Shown: positions 47,678 through 55,602 of the stretch, piece by piece | Layout: each line of letters begins with the position of its first letter | How positions within the stretch are numbered: the stretch's first letter is position 1 | Virus record (IMG/VR): IMGVR_UViG_3300025127_000036 | Location: 1-59,428 of that record | Direction: 5' to 3' (one strand) | Length of the DNA stretch: 59,428 nt | DNA from: a virus | Lineage: Duplodnaviria > Caudoviricetes | The notes under the pieces: generated by a model | What the model was told of the DNA's origin: nothing | What the model saw: only the letters and a program-made list of their open reading frames with translations | The model's database searches: none | Position numbers and translations under genes: made by a program

Positions 47678-48253
47678 ATGGCAAACGTAAGTGAAAAGTT
47701 TGGTTTAAGACCTTACAGAAAACTTGACGGTTCACCATTAGTAGGAGCTCAAAACAGATATACGATTGCGAGTGGCTATGCGACTGCGATTTACCAAGGT
47801 GATTTAGTGGAACCACTAACATCTGGAAATATTCAGAAACATGGTGCTAATACATCGGACGCTGTTGTGGGAGTTTTTAACGGATGTTTTTACACTGATC
47901 CAACTACAAAAAAGCCTACATTTAGCAATCACTATCCAGGTTCAATTGCAGCTAGTGACATCACAGCTTTTATTGTTGATGATCCAGATGCAGTTTTCTT
48001 GATAGATGCAGATGCGGCTTTTACTAGAGCAGATCTATTTAAAAACTATTCTGTTACTAACACTACTGGTGTAACACAAACAGGAATATCAAAAGCACAA
48101 CTTGATGTTTCAGTATCAGGAACTGCGACTACTTTCGCTATTCAAGCGATCGACATTTCGCAAGACCCAGATAATTCTGACACAAGTTCTGCAAACGCAA
48201 ATGTTCTTGTTAGAATAAACAACCACTTCTACAGAAGTGGCACAGGCCTATAA
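47678..48253 (+). CDS. capsid decoration/cement protein
   Basis: AAGGAG RBS; FGLRP..IYQGDLV..GVFNGC..DDPD; directly upstream of MCP. Confidence 0.7.
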   Translation: MANVSEKFGLRPYRKLDGSPLVGAQNRYTIASGYATAIYQGDLVEPLTSGNIQKHGANTSDAVVGVFNGCFYTDPTTKKPTFSNHYPGSIAASDITAFIVDDPDAVFLIDADAAFTRADLFKNYSVTNTTGVTQTGISKAQLDVSVSGTATTFAIQAIDISQDPDNSDTSSANANVLVRINNHFYRSGTGL

Positions 48254-48272
48254 TAAATAAAGGAGAATAACT

Positions 48273-49190
48273 ATGGCAATATCACGTTCGCAACTAGTTA
48301 AAGAACTAGAGCCAGGTTTGAATGCTTTATTCGGCCTGGAATATAGTAGATATGAAAATCAGCATGCTGAAATTTATACTACTGAAACATCTGACAGAGC
48401 TTTCGAAGAGGAAGTAATGTTAAGCGGTTTTGCTTCTGCACCAGTCAAACAAGAAGGTGCTGGAGTAGTGTTTGATCAAGCTAGTGAGACTTTCACTTCT
48501 AGATACTCACACGAAACAATCGCGTTAGCATTCTCAATCACTGAGGAAGCAATCGAAGATAACCTATACGATAGATTAGCTGCAAGATACACAAGAGCTC
48601 TTGCAAGATCTATGGCAAATACGAAGCAAGTTAAAGCTGCAAACGTATTGAACAACGCGCAGGTTACAACAGTAACTGGTGGAGATGGTGTATCATTAAT
48701 TAATGCATCTCACCCACTTGCAACTGGTGGAACTTTCTCAAATGTTCTTTCAACTGCTGCAGACCTTAACGAAACTTCACTTGAGCAGTCGTTAATCGAC
48801 ATCGCAGGATTTGTAGACGAAAGAGGTCTTAAAATCGCTACTCAAGGTAGAAAAATGATAATTCCAAAAGAATTACAATTTACTGCTGAGAGACTGATGA
48901 AGACTCCTATGAGAACAGGAACTGCAGATAACGACATCAATGCTGTAAGAAGCATGGGAATGGTTCCAGAAGGATATGTTGTAAACAACTTCCTTACTGA
49001 TACTGATTCATACTTCTTAACGACTGATGTACCTAACGGATTCAAAATGTTCGTTAGATCACCAATCAAAACAGCGATGGAAGGTGACTTCGATACTGGT
49101 AACGTAAGATTTAAAGCTAGAGAAAGATACTCTTTCGGATTTTCTGATCCAAGATGTGTTTTTGGTAACGGAAATTTACCAACTAGTTAA
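48273..49190 (+). CDS. major capsid protein (HK97 fold, Mu gpT-like)
   Basis: MAISRSQLVKELEPGLNALFGLEY..ITEEAIEDNLY..DFDTGNVRFKARERYSFG; followed by terminator. Confidence 0.9.
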   Translation: MAISRSQLVKELEPGLNALFGLEYSRYENQHAEIYTTETSDRAFEEEVMLSGFASAPVKQEGAGVVFDQASETFTSRYSHETIALAFSITEEAIEDNLYDRLAARYTRALARSMANTKQVKAANVLNNAQVTTVTGGDGVSLINASHPLATGGTFSNVLSTAADLNETSLEQSLIDIAGFVDERGLKIATQGRKMIIPKELQFTAERLMKTPMRTGTADNDINAVRSMGMVPEGYVVNNFLTDTDSYFLTTDVPNGFKMFVRSPIKTAMEGDFDTGNVRFKARERYSFGFSDPRCVFGNGNLPTS

Positions 49191-49214
49191 TAGATAATAC
49201 GTAAGTATTTACTA

Positions 49215-49247
49215 AAGGGGCGGTGTTTTACATCGCCCCTTTTTTTA
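49215..49247 (+). terminator. Rho-independent terminator after MCP, overlapping a promoter
   Basis: AAGGGGCGGTG-loop-CATCGCCCCTT plus T-tract; TTTACA-17-TATAAT at 49227-49255. Confidence 0.85.
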
Positions 49248-49261
49248 TGTATAATGTAAAA

Positions 49262-49328
49262 ACCTAGAGAAACTATTATGTCGACTGGCTAGGCAGACGG
49301 TATAGAGACGACATAATTAATGCTATAC
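49262..49328 (+). ncRNA. double-pseudoknot RNA downstream of MCP (possibly Mu-gpT-DE motif)
   Basis: ATTATGTCG/CGACATAAT stem; CCTAG/CTAGG and GTATAG/CTATAC cross-pairings. Confidence 0.65.
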
Positions 49329-49341
49329 AAAGGAGAAAATT

Positions 49342-49887
49342 ATGGCTAACACAACATTTTCGGGACCAGTAAGATCGGAAAACGGTTTTATCGGAGCAAC
49401 GAAAAATGCGACTACAGGTGCTTTTACTAATGTATTCGCAATTAGTTCAACAGGTGCGTACACAGGTACAAAACTTGTTGCACAAGGAACTGCAGACGTA
49501 ATAGTAGCAGCAACAGCTGGAACGACTGAGGTACAATTCTCTCAGCCAGATAATTCAATTATTACTTCTATTGATATTGTTTGTACATCCGCACCAACTT
49601 TAACAGGTGCAGGTGACATTGGTTTTAAAGTTGGAACTGCAACAGGCGGAGCACAATTAGTGGCTGCAATTACAGATCAAATTCTTGATGGCGGTACTAC
49701 TGTTCCTGCAGGAGCTGGTTACAACTTAACATTAATTAACACTACTGGAAGTGATGCATCACCTGCAGCATCTCCAGCGGCTAATGTTTCTGGTGCAGCA
49801 AGAAATATTTTCTTGCAAATTACAAACACTGTAAATGCATCAGCTAGTGGTAACTTTAGATTTATTATAAACATACAACAGTTTTAA
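49342..49887 (+). CDS. virion structural protein (head fibre/decoration)
   Basis: AAGGAG RBS; MANTTFSGPVRSENGF start; A/G/T-rich. Confidence 0.7.
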   Translation: MANTTFSGPVRSENGFIGATKNATTGAFTNVFAISSTGAYTGTKLVAQGTADVIVAATAGTTEVQFSQPDNSIITSIDIVCTSAPTLTGAGDIGFKVGTATGGAQLVAAITDQILDGGTTVPAGAGYNLTLINTTGSDASPAASPAANVSGAARNIFLQITNTVNASASGNFRFIINIQQF

Positions 49888-49899
49888 TAGATAAAATTA

Positions 49900-49919
49900 G
49901 TGGCTCCTTCGGGAGCCAC
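49900..49919 (+). terminator. stable C(UUCG)G hairpin (terminator or mRNA stabiliser)
   Basis: GTGGCTCC-TTCG-GGAGCCAC; lacks clear U-tract. Confidence 0.55.
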
Positions 49920-49935
49920 ATATTAAGGAGATTAA

Positions 49936-50265
49936 ATGGCAGCTAAAACTGACATACAAGCAACTAGATCGGCAGCAGCCGCTGGTGCTTCCGCAGTTAT
50001 TGCACAACCAGTTCGTTTAAGAGGTATTATAATTGCTTCAAGCGGTGGTGGTGCTGGTGTATTAGAATTAACAACAGAGTCAAATACGGGAACAACTTTA
50101 TTTCAAGCTGATGTTCCTACTGGTGATGTAATTAATTTTAATTTTCCTGAAGATGGAATTTTATTTCCAAAAGGTATTTTTTGTAAGACAAAAACACATG
50201 TTACAGCTTATACCTTATTAACAGATAAATTCTCAGGACCAAATTTAACTGGAAGTAACGGATAA
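49936..50265 (+). CDS. virion structural protein
   Basis: RLRGI..FPEDGILFPKGIF; paralogue of next ORF. Confidence 0.65.
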   Translation: MAAKTDIQATRSAAAAGASAVIAQPVRLRGIIIASSGGGAGVLELTTESNTGTTLFQADVPTGDVINFNFPEDGILFPKGIFCKTKTHVTAYTLLTDKFSGPNLTGSNG

Positions 50266-50267
50266 AA

Positions 50268-50561
50268 ATGTCTGGTGGTGGTTCATTTACAAGTGACCAA
50301 TCGGTAGCTCATGCTACATCGACTGCACAAATGGTTCCTACAAATAGGAGAGCTAGATTAACTTCTATACAAGGTAAAGGTAATTCAGCAAGTGGCTCAA
50401 TTATTTTTAAAACTGGAGGAGCTAGTGGAACCACCATCGCAACATATTTGTTTGGAGAAGAGGGTTTAGATATGTATCTACCAGGTTCGGGTATTCTTTT
50501 TGCAAATGGAATCCATGCAACAATCTCAGGCACTGCAGGTGTCACAATAACTTTTACATAA
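50268..50561 (+). CDS. virion structural protein
   Basis: RLTSI..LPGSGILFANGIH. Confidence 0.65.
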   Translation: MSGGGSFTSDQSVAHATSTAQMVPTNRRARLTSIQGKGNSASGSIIFKTGGASGTTIATYLFGEEGLDMYLPGSGILFANGIHATISGTAGVTITFT

Positions 50562-50562
50562 A

Positions 50563-50877
50563 ATGAATAAATCTGGTTTAGATATCTTAGGCTTTAAACG
50601 TGGTGGTGACGTGATGCCTAAAAGAAACAAAAAAAATTTTAGACCCACTGAAAAAGGTGCGGGTATGACTCAAGCAGGAGTTGCTGCTTATAGAAGAGCT
50701 AACCCAGGATCAAAATTAAAAACAGCTGTGACTGGTAAAGTTAAACCAGGGTCAAAAGCTGCAAAAAGACGTAAATCATTTTGCGCAAGATCAGCAGGAC
50801 AAATGAAAAAATTTCCAAAAGCTGCTGCAGATCCTAACTCAAGATTAAGACAGGCAAGAAGAAGATGGAAGTGTTAA
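50563..50877 (+). CDS. small basic protein
   Basis: GMTQAGV..NPGSKLK..RRKSFCARS..DPNSRL..ARRRWKC. Confidence 0.75.
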   Translation: MNKSGLDILGFKRGGDVMPKRNKKNFRPTEKGAGMTQAGVAAYRRANPGSKLKTAVTGKVKPGSKAAKRRKSFCARSAGQMKKFPKAAADPNSRLRQARRRWKC

Positions 50878-51086
50878 CGTGTTCGTTATGCCTTCATCCT
50901 TGTCATTGTAAAGGGGTAGGGCCGTATATTAACACCAATCAATGTATTGGTTATAATTGTAATTGTATGAATTGTATACATACAACAACAGAGGAGGAGA
51001 CTATGGCAAAGAAATTAGTAAAATGGATATGGAAAATTATTTGTTGGCCAGGTAGAAAAGTGGCTGATTGGCTTTGGACTAAATAA
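50865..51086 (+). CDS. Cys-rich small protein with internal start at 51003
   Basis: CxxCxHxCHC..CxxxxCxCxxC; GAGGAG RBS before in-frame ATG 51003. Confidence 0.55.
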   Translation: MEVLTCSLCLHPCHCKGVGPYINTNQCIGYNCNCMNCIHTTTEEETMAKKLVKWIWKIICWPGRKVADWLWTK

Positions 51087-51508
51087 TGTCTAACAAACCA
51101 CTCAACATATCTGAAGAGGCAGCTGTCCAAATGCCTATGAAGACGGTTGCCTCTTTGATCATCATCGTGGCACTCGGCACCATGGGTTACTTTCAAATAA
51201 TAGAACGTCTCAATGTTGCAGACACCCGTATACAAATAATGGAGAAAGATCTTGAAGAGAACACAGAGTTTAGAATTAAATGGCCACGTGGACAACTAGG
51301 ATCACTGCCCGCAGATTCTGAGCAGTTTATGATGATTGAAGATCTTTACAAGACTACAGATAAGTTAAACAAACACATAGAGTCTATGGCTTTAAATAAA
51401 GTCAACATAGAATTTTTAAGAAAACAAATGGATAAAGTTTTAGTTGATATCGAAAAATTAAAAGATGCAAATCGTGAAATGAAATATACAAACGGGAGCT
51501 CACAATGA
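51086..51508 (+). CDS. membrane-anchored coiled-coil protein
   Basis: N-terminal TM helix then coiled coil; near endolysin. Confidence 0.65.
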   Translation: MSNKPLNISEEAAVQMPMKTVASLIIIVALGTMGYFQIIERLNVADTRIQIMEKDLEENTEFRIKWPRGQLGSLPADSEQFMMIEDLYKTTDKLNKHIESMALNKVNIEFLRKQMDKVLVDIEKLKDANREMKYTNGSSQ

Positions 51509-51714
51509 TTGAGTCTGTGATAGCCCTACTTATGTTTGTAAACGGAGAGATTAAGGAGCATCGTATTCAAGAATCTATGGCTGTATGTCTTCGAGGCAAG
51601 CGTCATGCGGAGAGACAATATAGCGAGTCAGTATCATATAAATGCTGGAAGGGTAAAGCAGAAACAGAGTTATATTTAGGTGAAAAACACATTAAAGCTA
51701 TTATTCTTAAATAA
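51505..51714 (+). CDS. hypothetical protein
   Basis: ALLMFVNG..CLRGKR.AER..YKC; coupled. Confidence 0.65.
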   Translation: MIESVIALLMFVNGEIKEHRIQESMAVCLRGKRHAERQYSESVSYKCWKGKAETELYLGEKHIKAIILK

Positions 51715-51734
51715 TTTTATGTTATATTGTATTT

Positions 51735-52448
51735 ATGGCTTATCTAAATGCAAACATTCCTCCAATATACTGTAAAATAAAAAAGGAGTATCTTTATGAT
51801 ATGGATAAAAACTACGATAAAGATTCTGAAGACTGCGTTGTCTTTGGGATTACTTCGATCACAGGACGTGCGATCCTTTTTAATATCATGTTACCGAACG
51901 GGGCGTGTTATTGGAGACTGCCTATCTCAGCGTTTTTTCAAAAACATCTTTGTAGAACCGAGGTGCCCGATATGTTGTTACACGAGTTGGAGTTGTGGAA
52001 CTGTTTCAGTTATTATCCTAGTGTGCATCGTTTTGATTGGTTGGATGGTTTAGATGGAAAATATTTAGGCTTAAACAAAAAATTTTATCATGGAAGATAT
52101 TTATTTACTATTGATTGGGGCCATCCAGAAAATAATATTTTGGATACAGAACATTCTGAAATTCCTCAAGAACATAAGTGTGCACATGTATTGGCTCTTG
52201 ATAACGGCAATTATGCAGCTCAGCCTAATAATCGTATTTTGTGGCACGTTAATAGTTATACTACTGACAACAGTTGGCCAGATTATAAAGTTCAAACTAC
52301 TTACTGGGATGCAGAAAATTCAAAAATGGTTACAGAAGATTCTGATAAAATGTTCTATGAAATGGAAACAAAAAAAGAAACTAAAAGAACTTACAATAAA
52401 CTTCAAGAATGGGGAGAAGATATATCTTATGAGGGAGAAAAAAAATGA
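51735..52448 (+). CDS. conserved phage hypothetical protein
   Basis: LNANIPP..RLPISAF..LWNCFSY..YLFTIDW..EHKCAH..GNYAAQPNNR. Confidence 0.75.
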   Translation: MAYLNANIPPIYCKIKKEYLYDMDKNYDKDSEDCVVFGITSITGRAILFNIMLPNGACYWRLPISAFFQKHLCRTEVPDMLLHELELWNCFSYYPSVHRFDWLDGLDGKYLGLNKKFYHGRYLFTIDWGHPENNILDTEHSEIPQEHKCAHVLALDNGNYAAQPNNRILWHVNSYTTDNSWPDYKVQTTYWDAENSKMVTEDSDKMFYEMETKKETKRTYNKLQEWGEDISYEGEKK

Positions 52449-52921
52449 ATTTAAGTAGAAACTTTAGTTTATTAGAACTTACTAAATCAGATACAGCCAT
52501 ACGTTTGGATATAGATAACAATCCTAATGCAGATCAAATAGAAAAGTTAAAAGCATTGTGTGAAAATATTTTGCAGCCAGTTCGTGATCACTTTGGTAGA
52601 GTTAAGGTGACCAGTGGGTATCGTTCTCCTGAATTATGTGCAGCGATAGGTAGTTCTGTAAATTCACAGCATGCAAAAGCTGAGGCTGCAGATTTTGAAT
52701 GTGTTGGTGTAGACAATGCTGAAGTTGCTGATTGGATCAATATGAACTGCACAACAGATCAGTTAATACTCGAGTTCTACACTCCCGGAGAACCCAACTC
52801 GGGGTGGATTCATGCATCATACGTACCCTTTCAACCAAGAGCACAATATATGAGAGCTTATAAAGAAGATGGTAAAACAAAATACAAACCAATTATTGGT
52901 AAAGCCACAGATCTTATCTAA
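52445..52921 (+). CDS. peptidase M15 endolysin
   Basis: LSRNFSLLE, SGYRSPEL, SQH..AEAAD, WIHAS zinc ligands. Confidence 0.9.
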   Translation: MNLSRNFSLLELTKSDTAIRLDIDNNPNADQIEKLKALCENILQPVRDHFGRVKVTSGYRSPELCAAIGSSVNSQHAKAEAADFECVGVDNAEVADWINMNCTTDQLILEFYTPGEPNSGWIHASYVPFQPRAQYMRAYKEDGKTKYKPIIGKATDLI

Positions 52922-53011
52922 TCCTGTAGCTAAAATTCTAAGGTCTAGAACTTTTAAAGCAAAAGTGATACAATCCAAGAAGTTGTACAACCGCAAAAAG
53001 GAGAAACTTAG

Positions 53012-53284
53012 ATGGCAAAACAAGGAACTTGCTGGGATGGATACATTCAAAAAGGTATGAAAAAAAAGGGTAATAAATTAGTGCCAAATTGTGTTCCTGC
53101 TGGAAAAGTTATGAAAGCAGCGATGGGTAGGGCAGCATTTAGCCAAACAACATCAAAACCTTCCGGAATGAAAACAGAAAAATATATAGGTAGCCATATA
53201 AAATCAGAAATTGATGGAAAAAAAATTAGTAACAAAAGTTATGAAAATTATTATGGAAATTTAATTAAAGGATTTAAATTATAA
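53012..53284 (+). CDS. small basic protein
   Basis: AAGGAG RBS; CWDGY..GMKKKG..VPNCVP motif. Confidence 0.7.
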   Translation: MAKQGTCWDGYIQKGMKKKGNKLVPNCVPAGKVMKAAMGRAAFSQTTSKPSGMKTEKYIGSHIKSEIDGKKISNKSYENYYGNLIKGFKL

Positions 53285-53286
53285 CA

Positions 53287-53985
53287 ATGTCTACAAGTTT
53301 CGATTTAAATATTGATGAAATAATAGAAGAGGCGTATGAAAGATGCGCTATGAGAACTAACAGCGGTTATGATTTAAGAAGCGCTAGAAGATCCTTGAAT
53401 TTGCTTTTTTCAGAATGGGGTAATAGAGGTATACATTTGTGGAAGGTCGAGCAAGATGAAAAAGCCTTAGTTTCAGGACAAGCAGAGTACACAGTAGATT
53501 CTGATGTAAGTGATGTTCTTGAAGCTTTTGTGTCTACTACTGCTGCAGCAAGTAATACTTCAAATACTGATGATTTATCTTTAACTAAAATTGATAGATC
53601 TGCATATGCTGGCTTACCAAATAAATTTTCTACTGGAACACCTTCACAATATTATGTAGCTAGAGAAAAAACACCAAAAATATTTTTATATCAAACTCCT
53701 GATTTGAATAACTACACGCATTTGAAATATTTTGTAATAAAAAGAATAGAAGATGCGGGTACAACAGCAAGTGAATCTTTTTCTTTTTCACGATCGGCAG
53801 ATGTTGTTTATAGATTTTTACCATGCATGTGTGCAGGCTTAGCATATTATCTTGCTATGAAGAAGGCACCGCAACTAGTTCAACAAAATAAAATTATTTA
53901 TGAAGATGAAATGAAACGTGCTTTAGATGAAGATGGTCAAAGAACTTCAGTTTATATATCTCCACAATCATTTAATTTAGGATAG
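53287..53985 (+). CDS. head-tail connector/adaptor protein
   Basis: IIEEAYER..ARRSLNLLFSEWGNRG..RFLPC..GLAYYL..YEDE..RA..ED. Confidence 0.7.
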   Translation: MSTSFDLNIDEIIEEAYERCAMRTNSGYDLRSARRSLNLLFSEWGNRGIHLWKVEQDEKALVSGQAEYTVDSDVSDVLEAFVSTTAAASNTSNTDDLSLTKIDRSAYAGLPNKFSTGTPSQYYVAREKTPKIFLYQTPDLNNYTHLKYFVIKRIEDAGTTASESFSFSRSADVVYRFLPCMCAGLAYYLAMKKAPQLVQQNKIIYEDEMKRALDEDGQRTSVYISPQSFNLG

Positions 53986-53987
53986 TT

Positions 53988-54455
53988 ATGGGAAAATTTG
54001 CAACAGGTCAAAAGGCAAAAGCTATATCAGATAGATCAGGTATGGAATTTCCATATGATGAAATGGTTAAAGAATGGAACGGTTCATTAGTACATTACAC
54101 AGAATTCGAACCGAAACACCCACAAATAAGAAGGCGTAGAACAAACGCAGATGCAATTGCTTTACAAAATGCAAGACCCATGAAATTTCAACAACCAACA
54201 CAAATGCAAAGTATTAACACTTTAGCAACAAGCGATATTACAGTTGTTAGCTCTGGTGGTGCAACAGTATGTGAAGCAGATTTAACATTACCTGGTGACT
54301 TTGCTTTTAGAACGGAAGTATTTACAAGTGTTGTTAAAAATCCAGGTGATTTTACTACAACTGTTTCTTCAATGGCACCAGAAGATCCCTCTGTTCAAAA
54401 CAGACGTAGAGAGTTAGTAACAACAATTGGTAAAACAACAGTGAGTATAAGTTAA
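53988..54455 (+). CDS. virion structural protein
   Basis: AISDRSGMEFPY..EWNG..EPKHPQ; connector operon. Confidence 0.65.
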   Translation: MGKFATGQKAKAISDRSGMEFPYDEMVKEWNGSLVHYTEFEPKHPQIRRRRTNADAIALQNARPMKFQQPTQMQSINTLATSDITVVSSGGATVCEADLTLPGDFAFRTEVFTSVVKNPGDFTTTVSSMAPEDPSVQNRRRELVTTIGKTTVSIS

Positions 54456-55117
54456 TGGCAATTACACATTCAAATTTTTTAACTCAAGTAAGAAGTTATA
54501 CAGAGGTAGATAGTAATGTATTATCAGACACTCTTATAGATCAATTTATTAGAAATATAGAATTAGAAATTGCTGGTAAAGTTGATTATGATGATACAAG
54601 AAAATACGCAACTTCATCCTTTACAGCTAACAAAAGATATCTTGTTACTCCATCCGATTTTTTAGTAATAAGATCATTACAAGTGTTTGCTGATAACACA
54701 ATTACTTCTGCAAGAGAATTTATGGAAAAAAGAGACACAAGTTTTATATCTGAATTTAATGCATCAGGTACAACTGGTAAACCAAAATACTATGCAAATT
54801 GGAATGAGAATACTATTGTTGTTGCTCCTACTCCAAACATTGCATATGGAGTTCAATTGAATTATGTTATATCACCACCACACTTTGACAGTAGTACGAC
54901 TACTTATTTATCAACAAATCAAGAATCAATGTTGTTACACGGTGTCTTAACAGAATGTTTTGCGTATCTTAAAGGCCCGATGGATATGTACAACTTATAC
55001 AAAAGTAAGTATAATGAAGAAGTACAAGCTTTTGCTATCCAACAAATGGGTAGAAGAAGACGGGCAGAATTTGATGATGGTGTTCCAAGAATAAAAGTGG
55101 ACTCTCCATCACCATAA
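54455..55117 (+). CDS. head-tail adaptor (tubular protein A-like)
   Basis: GKPKYYA..VAPTP..LLHGVL.E...YLK pattern. Confidence 0.7.
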   Translation: MAITHSNFLTQVRSYTEVDSNVLSDTLIDQFIRNIELEIAGKVDYDDTRKYATSSFTANKRYLVTPSDFLVIRSLQVFADNTITSAREFMEKRDTSFISEFNASGTTGKPKYYANWNENTIVVAPTPNIAYGVQLNYVISPPHFDSSTTTYLSTNQESMLLHGVLTECFAYLKGPMDMYNLYKSKYNEEVQAFAIQQMGRRRRAEFDDGVPRIKVDSPSP

Positions 55118-55135
55118 TAATTATAGGAGAATAAC

Positions 55136-55594
55136 ATGGCAATAACAACTAACGCAATTTGCGATTCATTTAAAAAAGAACTTATGCAAGGAAAACATAG
55201 TTTTGAATCCTCTGGAGGACACACATACAAACTTGCATTATACACAAACTCGGCAACGATTGGTAAATCAACTGCTAACTATCCAGGAGATAGTACAGGT
55301 GGTCAAGTCTCAAATACTGGAACATACACACAAGGTGGTAAAGCATTAGTAAATCAAGGAGTAAAAGTTTCATCTAGTGTTTCAATAACTGACTTTGCAG
55401 ATTTATCTTTCACAGGTGTAACATTAACTGCAAGAGGTGCATTAATTTACAATACAACAACTGACGGTGGATCTAATACCACTGACGCGGTATGTGTATT
55501 AGATTTTGGTGGAGATAAAACAGCTACCGCAGGAACATTTACAATTCAGTTTCCTGCATTTACTACATCTGCTGCTATTATAAGAATTAGTTAA
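55136..55594 (+). CDS. virion structural protein
   Basis: SFKKELMQG..KLALYT..TARGALIYN..VLDFGGDKT..FTIQFP. Confidence 0.7.
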   Translation: MAITTNAICDSFKKELMQGKHSFESSGGHTYKLALYTNSATIGKSTANYPGDSTGGQVSNTGTYTQGGKALVNQGVKVSSSVSITDFADLSFTGVTLTARGALIYNTTTDGGSNTTDAVCVLDFGGDKTATAGTFTIQFPAFTTSAAIIRIS

Positions 55595-55602
55595 GGACTT
55601 AA

